DNA from: a virus
Taxonomy: Duplodnaviria; Caudoviricetes
Reading direction: 5' to 3' (one strand)
Virus record (IMG/VR): IMGVR_UViG_3300046490_000065
Span: 1 to 64,000 of that record
DNA: 64,000 nt
Below are positions 17,100-25,930 of the stretch, in pieces. Each line of letters starts with the position of its first letter. Positions within the stretch are counted from its first letter, which is position 1. Below the pieces are notes generated by a model, which was not told the origin of the DNA, searched no databases, and worked only from the letters and a program-made list of their open reading frames with translations. Both the position numbers and the translations under genes were made by a program.

Positions 17100-17312
17100 A
17101 TGAAGAACCCACTGAAGCATATCCCCCGCCCGATGAGTGCTTACACTCAGTGTGGCGAACCGGTCCAAGACCAGGACCCGAAGGCAACCGAACCGTGCCC
17201 TACCTGTCTCGACGCATATGAGGCTGCCCAGGCCAAGTTTGGTGGCATCCATCGCAATCTCGTTGGATCTCCAGCGAGAACCTGCGTCTCGTTCCGAGGA
17301 GGTGTCCGATGA
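17100..17312 (+). CDS. small hypothetical protein
   Basis: AAGGAG SD. Confidence 0.55.
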   Translation: MKNPLKHIPRPMSAYTQCGEPVQDQDPKATEPCPTCLDAYEAAQAKFGGIHRNLVGSPARTCVSFRGGVR

Positions 17313-17608
17313 CCCGCGAAGAGAAGGCCGCACGTATCTGGATGCAGCGGGAGGGATTCATCCTGAAGACTACCGGTAGCTTCCATTCCGACATTTGCAG
17401 CGAGGGGATCGAGGGCGAAGACACCGCCAAAGTGTTCCAGTTTGTCCGTGACACCCTCAAACGGCAGGCCGATAACTACACGGCGGCTATCAACGAGATC
17501 CTTGGCGATCTCCCGATGCCTTGGTGTGGCCACTGCCAGTCATGGCACCACACGACGGCCCCGTGCTACACGATAGCTCAGCTTCTTGGGAAGGGCGACA
17601 ATGGCTAA
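17309..17608 (+). CDS. hypothetical protein
   Basis: GGAGG SD, ATGA overlap. Confidence 0.6.
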   Translation: MTREEKAARIWMQREGFILKTTGSFHSDICSEGIEGEDTAKVFQFVRDTLKRQADNYTAAINEILGDLPMPWCGHCQSWHHTTAPCYTIAQLLGKGDNG

Positions 17609-17882
17609 GACCTACCGTTACCGCGTCACCCAGACCCTAGACATCGAGATCGGCAAGGCCGACCCTGTTAAGGCGGCTGAACTGGCCAGAAAGATCCAAC
17701 TGGATCCGCTGACCGAGGCCCGCTTCGCAGTGGAGATGCAGGGACCGTGCCCTAATTGCCACTGTTACGCTGTTCACCGGACACGCTGTAGCATTGCCAA
17801 GAAGCAGGGATGTGCCGCCGTTGACCTATCTACCAACGTCACCGTCACGGTCGAGTATAAGGACACCCCCGATGCAGGTTGA
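17601..17882 (+). CDS. hypothetical Cys/His protein
   Basis: CPNC...HRTRC. Confidence 0.55.
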   Translation: MAKTYRYRVTQTLDIEIGKADPVKAAELARKIQLDPLTEARFAVEMQGPCPNCHCYAVHRTRCSIAKKQGCAAVDLSTNVTVTVEYKDTPDAG

Positions 17883-18657
17883 CGCCCGCACCGAAGTGAA
17901 GCGCCTTTCGGCCATGATCTCCGGCATGGCTTACAAGCACAGTAGTTGGCAGGTGTTCTCGGACTTTGTGGAGGCCGCCGCGCTCTCCATCAGCAATGCA
18001 GTGGACCTTCCGCAGTATGAGAAGCGGGAGGCCCGCTACATGGAACTCATCAAGCGCTATGACGCCAAGGAACTGGCAATCTTCCCACAGATGTTGGCCG
18101 AACTCACCATGTCACTAGAGAACGAGATGGCCGACATTATGGGCCGGACGTACCACGAACTGGAGCTACACAACAAGTGGGCCGGGCAGTACTTCACTCC
18201 GTACGAGATCTGCCGCATGATGGCTAAGATGAACCTCGTGGACGGAGGTCTACAGGAGCGTATCGAACGTCGTGGTTTCATCACGCTCCAGGAACCCGCT
18301 TGCGGCTCCGGTGCCATGGTGATCGCGTTCGCTCAGGAGATGAAGGATGCTGGCTTCAACTATCAGCAACAATTGCACGTAACGGCCATGGACATCGACG
18401 CTAAGTGCTGTCACATGGCCTACCTGCAACTCTCCCTGCTTCACATTCCCGCCGTCATCATCCACGGGAATACTCTCAGCCTGGAGGAATACGGCCGCTG
18501 GTACACGCCTGCCCACATCATGGGTGGATGGGGCCACCGGCTTAACCATCCCGAGATCGAGATCCCGCCGGCCGAAACTTCGGTGGATGAATCCTGGGAC
18601 TTTTTGAACGAGTGCCTGGACGAACCTACTACGGCATGTGCTTCCAAGTTTTCCTAA
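17872..18657 (+). CDS. N6-adenine DNA methyltransferase-like protein lacking a visible NPPF/DPPY motif
   Basis: GQYFTPYEI, EPACGSGAM, DID, HGNTLS. Confidence 0.8.
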   Translation: MQVDARTEVKRLSAMISGMAYKHSSWQVFSDFVEAAALSISNAVDLPQYEKREARYMELIKRYDAKELAIFPQMLAELTMSLENEMADIMGRTYHELELHNKWAGQYFTPYEICRMMAKMNLVDGGLQERIERRGFITLQEPACGSGAMVIAFAQEMKDAGFNYQQQLHVTAMDIDAKCCHMAYLQLSLLHIPAVIIHGNTLSLEEYGRWYTPAHIMGGWGHRLNHPEIEIPPAETSVDESWDFLNECLDEPTTACASKFS

Positions 18658-19192
18658 GGTGAATAGACCCTATACAAAATCTAGACACCCCGAACGCATT
18701 GGCAATGGATAACTGAGTGTTGCCTGCGCTCAGAAGTTCCCGTATATGAGAGACTTGGACCTCTGTCAAAATAGCGGATGAGGAGTTTTCTCCAGTCCTT
18801 TTATCGACCGATACTCGGTTGTGCATCGGGTTGTTTGTGGCAAATGAATGTCTACCTTTAGCTACCATGTCATCGATGTTGTCTTGATTGGTACCGAGAA
18901 ACAGGTGTTCCGGGTTGCAGCACGGAGGGTTGTCACACGTGTGGAGGACGAGAAGGGGGCAAGGGTCTTCCCCTGTGGCCAACTTGTACATCAAGCGCGA
19001 TGCCGAGAACGCCTTCCTGCCATTTTGTCTATACAGCCACATTTGCCCGTATCCGGACGGTATCTTACCACCGCGCCACTCCCAGCACTCCCCATGCGGA
19101 CCCTGACCGGGCGTCTTGTCAACCTTCGACCAGAAACGGAGTCCTTCACTTGCGGTAAGCACCGGAAGCGGTATAGGATTTCTATTAGACAT
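18629..19192 (-). CDS. HNH homing endonuclease with C-terminal HTH (copy 2)
   Basis: RFWSKVDKTPGQGPHGECWEW...LHTCDNPPCCNPEHLFLGT. Confidence 0.92.
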   Translation of the reverse strand: MSNRNPIPLPVLTASEGLRFWSKVDKTPGQGPHGECWEWRGGKIPSGYGQMWLYRQNGRKAFSASRLMYKLATGEDPCPLLVLHTCDNPPCCNPEHLFLGTNQDNIDDMVAKGRHSFATNNPMHNRVSVDKRTGENSSSAILTEVQVSHIRELLSAGNTQLSIANAFGVSRFCIGSIHLRKTWKHMP

Positions 19193-19287
19193 GTTGGTCA
19201 CCTCCATGACCGATTTGTCGAGTGGGCGGGTGCTCAAACACTCGCCTACACCCCTAAATTGTACCAAATCAACCCACAGGAGCGATA

Positions 19288-19869
19288 ATGAAAATAGTAA
19301 AGAAAGCTGTACTTACGGACAAGGACGGGGGCCAACAGCACCTCTCATTATTCCAAATAGAGGCTCACGTTTTCCGTTGGATCGATGACAAATCAGGGAC
19401 TCCGTTTGACGGGGTGGACCTACTCAGCGAGCATGACGGAATTAAGAATCTTCGCGTCATAGTGGAATCTGATCCTAGGTTTATGGGCGTCGATTTGACT
19501 ATCCTCCCCGTGGAGCTTCCGCCTGCCGAGCGGGCCGCCAAGCGGATCTTCGACTTGGATCTGGTTGACCTGACCTACGCTCCTGGATCCATCGCCGTTG
19601 AGCGCATGGCCAAGGTAATCCAGGAAGAAACGCAGATCGACGGCCTGATCGAGGCCGTGAACCTTCTCATCACTTACGAGTTCCCCCGGCGCCTGCATCC
19701 GAAGAAGCCGGGGTTGGACATGACGTGGGGTGGCCTAGTTTTGGCCATTCTGGAGTGCATGGAGAAGTCCCAGAAGGTGGACCTGAGCAATTTGAAGAAG
19801 CAGTTAACCGAGGGCATCGAGCAGGTGAAGATATACTCTTCGATGCCTGTGTCGAAGGTGGTGAACTGA
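19288..19869 (+). CDS. hypothetical protein
   Basis: ACAGGAG SD. Confidence 0.7.
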   Translation: MKIVKKAVLTDKDGGQQHLSLFQIEAHVFRWIDDKSGTPFDGVDLLSEHDGIKNLRVIVESDPRFMGVDLTILPVELPPAERAAKRIFDLDLVDLTYAPGSIAVERMAKVIQEETQIDGLIEAVNLLITYEFPRRLHPKKPGLDMTWGGLVLAILECMEKSQKVDLSNLKKQLTEGIEQVKIYSSMPVSKVVN

Positions 19870-20827
19870 TATGGATAAATCACCGAAGACCAAACGCCTG
19901 AAAGTCGCAATCGTTGTGGATCCGATGGGGTCCGGATACGGGGAGGTTACTCCCGAGGATGAGATCCGTGAACATACGGATAAGTTCTCCAATCTCCTCC
20001 GCCCGGCTAAGTTGGACGTCTACACACCGCGATCAGCCTACCCTGGAGACATTCAGGAAGGGACCGACCTGATTCTGTTCGATTTCGGCGGCATGAGTAT
20101 GGGCAACGATCTAATGGAAACCAATTCGAGGGAATTGGTCCGATGGGCGCTGGACCACCCCACGTCCCTAGCCATCGTTGTATCTTCCTTCACTTATCGC
20201 AATGCCGTAGTAGGCGAAATGCGCGAAATGGGGATGGAGGAAATCCTCAACGTCGTTTGCGATGAGCACCAAGATGATCCATTCCCTAAGTGGTTCAGGG
20301 ATTTGCACGGGATTCCCTACACTTCAGAACCGCCGAGGACAGCACGACGAGCCACTGCCGGGTTAGCGGCTCTCGGAGGATCTCTGCCTTCCATTAAGTT
20401 CTTCGAGCCGAATGGACGATTTGTTGACTACATGTACGCGTCCTTCCGCCATTACACGATCTACGATGTTGGCGCCGGATGCGGGCATGTGTCTCGGAAG
20501 CTGGCTAACGCGGGCCTTCAGGTGGTTGCTATCGACGTGTGCGGCCGAGATAACCCGGAGTACGACGTCGAGATCGAGGACGGGACCATCTGCGAATATG
20601 ACAAGGGTTCAGTGGTGTTGATCGCTAGACCATGCCACGGCCCTTTCTGTGAAGACGTGATACGTCAGGCCGTGTTGTGCAAGGCACTCTGTGTACTGTA
20701 CGTTGGACTCCCCAAGAATCGCCTTACAGATCTTGGTGGGTTCAGCCGCCAGTTCAAGCGAGTCCTGACACTTGCTGGAGAGAACAATGAGGTAGTCTAC
20801 CTCATGAAGGTGGTGAACTGATATGGA
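19854..20827 (+). repeat. 22-bp direct repeats flanking the methyltransferase gene
   Basis: GAAGGTGGTGAACTGATATGGA at 19854-19875 and 20806-20827. Confidence 0.9.
19871..20821 (+). CDS. two-domain protein: receiver-like N-terminus plus class I SAM methyltransferase
   Basis: DLILFDFG in N-domain; IYDVGAGCG and VVAID in C-domain. Confidence 0.65.
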   Translation: MDKSPKTKRLKVAIVVDPMGSGYGEVTPEDEIREHTDKFSNLLRPAKLDVYTPRSAYPGDIQEGTDLILFDFGGMSMGNDLMETNSRELVRWALDHPTSLAIVVSSFTYRNAVVGEMREMGMEEILNVVCDEHQDDPFPKWFRDLHGIPYTSEPPRTARRATAGLAALGGSLPSIKFFEPNGRFVDYMYASFRHYTIYDVGAGCGHVSRKLANAGLQVVAIDVCGRDNPEYDVEIEDGTICEYDKGSVVLIARPCHGPFCEDVIRQAVLCKALCVLYVGLPKNRLTDLGGFSRQFKRVLTLAGENNEVVYLMKVVN

Positions 20828-21209
20828 CGACATCATCCACCATAATGCGCTCTGCGCCAAGTGCGGTTGCTCTCAGACGTTGCCTGTTGAGATACAGGAG
20901 TGTACGTGCCCATGCCACCCCGATGGCCAGGGATCCCGCGAATACAGGGCAGGCTACCGTGGACCCTTCTCGGAAGACGTCATGGCGCACCAGCGGGAGA
21001 TGAACCGTATCCAGTCCGGCGTAAACGAGATCAGTCCAACATTGGACCGGATCCACGCTGCCGACACTGAACTTCTCGATTGGTTACAGGAACAGATAGT
21101 AGACACCATCTATCTGGATGACGGCCGAATCATCGATGTTTGCGGCGGCAACTTGCGGGTTGCTATCGCCGTTGCAAAAGCCAAAAACCCGTCGCAAGAA
21201 ACCTCTTGA
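20823..21209 (+). CDS. hypothetical protein
   Basis: ORF in operon; CTCPCH. Confidence 0.55.
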   Translation: MDDIIHHNALCAKCGCSQTLPVEIQECTCPCHPDGQGSREYRAGYRGPFSEDVMAHQREMNRIQSGVNEISPTLDRIHAADTELLDWLQEQIVDTIYLDDGRIIDVCGGNLRVAIAVAKAKNPSQETS

Positions 21210-21234
21210 CTTGCCGATTTTTTCGCTGTAAACT
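21206..21234 (+). promoter_or_regulatory. sigma70-type promoter
   Basis: TTGACT-N17-TAAACT upstream of dnaN. Confidence 0.8.
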
Positions 21235-21301
21235 CCAAAAAGAACAACCGCCCGGCGCTTTCGTCGGGCAACACCCAGCACAACAGGAGCTTGTCCAAAT
21301 C

Positions 21302-22510
21302 ATGATCGTAAACGTCAAGGAACTACTCAAGGAACTCGATTACATCGGGCGGTTTGTGGAAAAGAAGACCTCCATCCCGATCCTGGCCCACGCGCTGATA
21401 TGCGCGGGTGGCGACAAACTGTCCCTGGTGGGGACGGATCTGGAACTTACGGGGATGACGTCAATCCCTGGGACCGCCGAGGCGCCGGCCGAATCGTGGA
21501 CTATCACGGCACCCATCAGGAAACTGAAAGAGTATCTGAAGCAGGTGGATGACAAAGAGGTCAGTGTGTCCGCGTCCATCGAGACAGGCAAGCCGGTGAA
21601 GATCACGCGAGACAAACTGGACGACAACGGCAAGCCAACCTACGACCCGATCACTCGCGCCAAGGTGACGGAGGAAGTCGAGGAGACCTACACCACGTAC
21701 CGGCTGGTCCTGCATCACGGCGATGGCGGCGAAGCCAGCTTCGAGGGGATGGACCCCAAGTGCTTCCCCGAAGTGGCTATCCCGGCCAAGATCCACGGGG
21801 AACTGGGCAACCTGAAGCAGATGTACCAGCGCTGCGAGATGGCGATTTCGAAAGAGGAGTCCCGGTTCACCCTCAACGGGGCTCTCCTAATCCTCAATCC
21901 GGAGAACAGCGCGGTAGTATCGACGGACGGCCACCGGCTGTCCTACCTGCCCGCCACCTTCACAGCACTGGAGCCGTGCAAGACCATCGTCATGAAGAAA
22001 GCGCTGTTTGAGGCGCAGCGGATGAATGGCGATACCTGCCTCTTTGGAATGGACGAGAACTTCCAGCTTTTCTTGGGCCACCAGCGCTCCATCGTCGCCC
22101 GCAAGCTGAAAGGCAACTTCCCGGACTACGAGCGGGTATTGCCCAAGGAGTTCTGGCGGTCCATCACGGTGGACGCGAAGGAACTGCACAAGATCATCAA
22201 GCGGTCGGCCGTATGCGCCCATGAGCGGAGCCGGGCCATCCAATTGTACGTGAAGGACAAGACTCTGGTGGCCGAAGCGAAGCAGATGGAGCAGACGGCC
22301 AGAGGCAGTATCCCAATCGAATGGCCGGATGACGCGGCATGGCGGGGTGGCATCAACGCCGACTACGCGTTGGGGTTCTTAGCCTTGGCCGATGGGCCAG
22401 TGACGTTCGGCTTTCAGGCGGTACGGGAGGGCAAGGAGTGTGTGGACGCCGCGATGCAGTTCTCCACGCCGGAAGGGTGGTTGATGGTGATTATGCCCAT
22501 GCGGATTTGA
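21302..22510 (+). CDS. dnaN: DNA polymerase III beta sliding clamp
   Basis: KKTSIPIL, GTDLE, EESRFTLNG, VSTDGHRL, GNFPDYERVLP, C-terminal VIMPMRI. Confidence 0.93.
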   Translation: MIVNVKELLKELDYIGRFVEKKTSIPILAHALICAGGDKLSLVGTDLELTGMTSIPGTAEAPAESWTITAPIRKLKEYLKQVDDKEVSVSASIETGKPVKITRDKLDDNGKPTYDPITRAKVTEEVEETYTTYRLVLHHGDGGEASFEGMDPKCFPEVAIPAKIHGELGNLKQMYQRCEMAISKEESRFTLNGALLILNPENSAVVSTDGHRLSYLPATFTALEPCKTIVMKKALFEAQRMNGDTCLFGMDENFQLFLGHQRSIVARKLKGNFPDYERVLPKEFWRSITVDAKELHKIIKRSAVCAHERSRAIQLYVKDKTLVAEAKQMEQTARGSIPIEWPDDAAWRGGINADYALGFLALADGPVTFGFQAVREGKECVDAAMQFSTPEGWLMVIMPMRI

Positions 22511-22559
22511 CCGGTCCAACATTGGACCAGACTTTGCAACAACAGGAGCAACAGAAGCT

Positions 22560-24470
22560 ATGAATACGGAACTAACGAAAGTCACCGAGGAGCAGGCCAA
22601 GGAAATTGGCCTGCCGAGTCCTCAAGCAGTTGAATACATGATGAGCATTGCCAACATGCTCCTCACCAGCGCCCTCATCACGCCGGACATGGAGCCGCCG
22701 AAGGAGGCTATCCAGGCACTCGTGGCGGCCAAGTGGGAGCAGAAGGAGATCGACCTGTACCGGGATCAGGTCATCAAGTCGAACGCCATGGCCAAGATGC
22801 TCGTCGGCCGCGAGATGGGCATGCAGACCATGGAGTCTCTCCAGGACGTTGACATCGTTAAGGGCAAGATCTTCGTTCGGTACCCGCAACTGTTCGGCCA
22901 AATCGTCAAAAAGGGATGCAAGGTCAAACAGATCGAGCGTTCCGAGAAGCGGGCGGCGGTCGAAGTTACCCGGCCGGACATGGAGGACCCGGAGGTTTAC
23001 GAGTTCACCATCGAGGACGCCAAACGGGCGGGCCTTACCTCTGGCGGAAAACCCGAGTACAACCAGTATCTCCTTCGACCCCGTGTGATGCTCTGGTCAC
23101 GGCTGATCTCGGAAGTCTACCGGGCAGTCGGCGGACGGAGCAACATCTACACACAGGAAGAGAAGGCTGAGGTCACGTCTTCCACAATGGACGCTCCCAC
23201 CGAGTCCGATCAGCGGCGAGTGGAGGTTCTCCAGGCACAGGAGGAGAAGTACAAGGTCGGCCTGAAGGCTACCGTCGAACCCATCAAAGAGACCGCTCCC
23301 CAGACCACCAACGTTGTGGAAATGCCCACCAAGGCCGCCGATCCGAAGCCGGAACCCGTGGGACAGGAAGTCACCAAGGAGCCGGAACCAAAGCCGATCC
23401 AGTATGAGATCCACGTTATGATGGCGACCGCCGGTAACAGCAAACTGAAGCCGGTCATCTGCCCTAACGAGACCCAACTGGACAAGACGGCCGCTTCTCT
23501 CCGCGCTCAAGCCATGGCGAACGACACCGGCCATATCCACGTGGTGGTGCAGTTCGACCCGTCCGCCCAGGATCGTGGCGAAACCTGCCGCTCTGAAGTG
23601 GCCCGCTGCCATCCGCCGAAGAAACAGGCGACTCCAGCCGCCGACAAACCGGCCCCGCCACAGGAGACCAAGCCGGAACTCGCTCCGGAGCCGGAGCCGG
23701 AACCCAAGGCCGCCGAGAAGGCCCCCGACGCTGCCAAGGCCGCTGCCAAGGAACGGCTGGAGGCCCTGGTGCCCATCGTAGGAATCCCTGGCCCTACGGC
23801 CATGCGGCGCTTCACTGCCTACATGGCGGGGTTCGTTGGGTGCCCCCTCAAGGAGTTCACCGCACAGCCGCTCGATAAGCGGATGGCCGCCCTGGAGTCC
23901 CTGGAGTACACCATCCGCGCCGACAAGGAAGAGTTCAACTCCGGCCCGGAGCAGTCCGGCGAACGCCGGGCCAAACGGTATAACAGCGTTCTGGAGTTCC
24001 TCACCAACCTATGGAAGGGCCACCCGGACACCATCGCTCTGGGGATGAAACTCTTCCAGCAGTGGGATCAATCGGCCGAACAGTTCCAGAAGTGGGTCCA
24101 GATGGACAACATCGAACTGGACTTCCGGCCGATGGATGACGTTCACGCTTCGATCCGTCTGCTGTTGCGGACCCGCGAGGGCGCCTACCTCATGAAGACA
24201 TGCAAGGATCACAACCTCTCCGTGGCCGCCTGCCTAGACCAGATCGAGAAGCGGGCGCTGATGGCGAAGGTCGAGGATGCGCCCGCGTCCTCCATCGAGA
24301 ACGCCATCAAGGCGTACATCCAGACCGTGAAGGAAGAACTGCGGAAGCCGGTGGCGAAACCGGAACCTGAACCCGTACCCGAGCCGGAACCCCCTGCGGC
24401 TGAACCCGAACCGCCAGCCGCCGAAGGCGAAGGCGAGGACGACAACCTGTTCGGCAATACGACTTGGTAG
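22560..24470 (+). CDS. RecT/Red-beta-like single-strand annealing protein with long C-terminal extension
   Basis: GREMGMQTMESLQDVDIVKGK...FTIEDAKRAGL...PRVMLWSR; exonuclease nearby. Confidence 0.7.
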   Translation: MNTELTKVTEEQAKEIGLPSPQAVEYMMSIANMLLTSALITPDMEPPKEAIQALVAAKWEQKEIDLYRDQVIKSNAMAKMLVGREMGMQTMESLQDVDIVKGKIFVRYPQLFGQIVKKGCKVKQIERSEKRAAVEVTRPDMEDPEVYEFTIEDAKRAGLTSGGKPEYNQYLLRPRVMLWSRLISEVYRAVGGRSNIYTQEEKAEVTSSTMDAPTESDQRRVEVLQAQEEKYKVGLKATVEPIKETAPQTTNVVEMPTKAADPKPEPVGQEVTKEPEPKPIQYEIHVMMATAGNSKLKPVICPNETQLDKTAASLRAQAMANDTGHIHVVVQFDPSAQDRGETCRSEVARCHPPKKQATPAADKPAPPQETKPELAPEPEPEPKAAEKAPDAAKAAAKERLEALVPIVGIPGPTAMRRFTAYMAGFVGCPLKEFTAQPLDKRMAALESLEYTIRADKEEFNSGPEQSGERRAKRYNSVLEFLTNLWKGHPDTIALGMKLFQQWDQSAEQFQKWVQMDNIELDFRPMDDVHASIRLLLRTREGAYLMKTCKDHNLSVAACLDQIEKRALMAKVEDAPASSIENAIKAYIQTVKEELRKPVAKPEPEPVPEPEPPAAEPEPPAAEGEGEDDNLFGNTTW

Positions 24471-24477
24471 GCTGAGG

Positions 24478-24544
24478 CATCTGTAGGTGGCGCTCGTGAC
24501 AGGAGCGCCACGTCAGCAGATGGCTCAACAGTCCAATGTTGGAC
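24478..24544 (+). promoter_or_regulatory. GTGACAG-loop hairpin, copy 3, followed by the 14-bp palindrome
   Basis: CATCTG..GTGGCGCTC-GTGACAG-GAGCGCCAC..CAGATG..GTCCAATGTTGGAC. Confidence 0.65.
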
Positions 24545-24561
24545 GATCAAAGGGGGAGACG

Positions 24562-25059
24562 GTGAAGGATACCCTACGAGTGCTAGTTGACTGGAAATGC
24601 AATCTTTCCTGTTCGTATTGCTGCAACGAGCAGGAAAGATTCCGGAAGGACATCCGGCCAACAAAAATGGACGACATCGACTTCAGCAAATACAAGGTCG
24701 TCTGTATCAGCGGGGGAGAACCCCTGCTATTCCCTGATCGGATCTATGCGGTTTGCCAACGCTTGCAATATCAACAGTTGGTCGTTCTATACACCAACGG
24801 CATCCTGATCGACCGGCCAATGGCGCTTCGCTTGCACGGCTTCGGCGTGCAAGCCATCAATGTCGGCCTGCATATCGAGTCCACGTTCGGAACGCTGATC
24901 GACCGGGTAACGGATGCCGTAGTTCAAATGGCGGACGTTCGTTTTCACGCCCAGGACTGCTACGGCTGGTTGGCGGCGATGTATCCCTATGCCAAGTTCC
25001 GGTTTTGGAAGATGGACGACTGCGACCGAGATAACGAGGATCGGGTAGTGCTGGTATGA
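24562..25059 (+). CDS. radical SAM protein
   Basis: CNLSCSYC, ISGGEPLL, YTNG. Confidence 0.88.
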   Translation: MKDTLRVLVDWKCNLSCSYCCNEQERFRKDIRPTKMDDIDFSKYKVVCISGGEPLLFPDRIYAVCQRLQYQQLVVLYTNGILIDRPMALRLHGFGVQAINVGLHIESTFGTLIDRVTDAVVQMADVRFHAQDCYGWLAAMYPYAKFRFWKMDDCDRDNEDRVVLV

Positions 25060-25718
25060 AACCTGTCCAATTTGACCCAACGTCTCACACGTACACCATT
25101 GGTGGACGGTGGGTGCCCGGCGTGACCCGCGTGCTCGCGGATTGCGGGTATGTGAAAGGGGCTGACTGGTTCACCGACGAGTCCCGCATCCGGGGGAAGC
25201 AAGCACACTACGCCTGCCAGTTGGTAGATCAGCACGCACCCGACGCTCTGACGATGGAGGACGCCCTGGATGTGATTGACTTGGCCCCGGCGCTCCATCC
25301 GTATCTGGCGGGGTATCTTTTGTTCCGCCGGGAGAAAAGTTTCCGCCCAGTGTGGAACGAGCGCCCGATGCACTTGTCCAGTCCTATGGTGGCCGGAACG
25401 CCGGACTCTTGGGGCCACTACGGGGATGGACGGAAGGTGCTGGTCGATCTCAAATCCTGGAGGGGCCAAGGGCCTACTCCGAAACGCGCTGCCGTCCTCC
25501 AGACGGCTGGATACAAGTTAATGGTGAAAGAGGCCACCGGAGAGGACACCGACCTCCGAGTGATCGTGGCGCTTCCTGGGGACGGGCGATATCGGGCATA
25601 CGAGTGTAAGGACCCGCGCGACGAGTTCCTATTCCAGTGCTGCGCCCATTCCTGGTGGGATCGTTACAACAACAAGCTGGTGTCGGGAGATCCAGCGGAG
25701 GTAGAGGTAGAAGCATAA
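25056..25718 (+). CDS. PD-(D/E)XK exonuclease (RecB/Cas4-like)
   Basis: PGVTRVL, RGKQAH, AGTPD, VDLKS, LQTAGY. Confidence 0.82.
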   Translation: MKPVQFDPTSHTYTIGGRWVPGVTRVLADCGYVKGADWFTDESRIRGKQAHYACQLVDQHAPDALTMEDALDVIDLAPALHPYLAGYLLFRREKSFRPVWNERPMHLSSPMVAGTPDSWGHYGDGRKVLVDLKSWRGQGPTPKRAAVLQTAGYKLMVKEATGEDTDLRVIVALPGDGRYRAYECKDPRDEFLFQCCAHSWWDRYNNKLVSGDPAEVEVEA

Positions 25719-25930
25719 TGGCCGACAGAAGCGCAAGGAACGACAAAGAGAAGCGGGATCGGGCAGAGCTTGCGGAGTACCGGCGGATCGTTGGCGACCG
25801 TCTCTCCGTGGCCCAACCCACCCCAACAGTCCTGGACGAACATCTGGAGTGGACGAAACGTCTCAGCGAGTTCGTCAACACCATCGGTCTCCGCAGGAAA
25901 CCGTACTTCAAAGAGGAGCTACCCAAATGA
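25718..25930 (+). CDS. small hypothetical protein
   Basis: TAATG coupling. Confidence 0.5.
   Translation: MADRSARNDKEKRDRAELAEYRRIVGDRLSVAQPTPTVLDEHLEWTKRLSEFVNTIGLRRKPYFKEELPK

Noticed and set aside
17872-18657. Functional restriction-modification system
   Set aside because: No catalytic motif IV and no HsdS/HsdR or cognate REase nearby.
16419-19264. HNH plus upstream RNA as an IscB/HEARO or group I intron system
   Set aside because: The proteins are short HNH-HTH with no RuvC or PLMP motifs, the leader is only about 70 nt, and no host gene is split.
25056-25718. Cas4 indicating a CRISPR system
   Set aside because: No Fe-S cysteine cluster pattern, array or other cas genes; the context is a phage recombination module.
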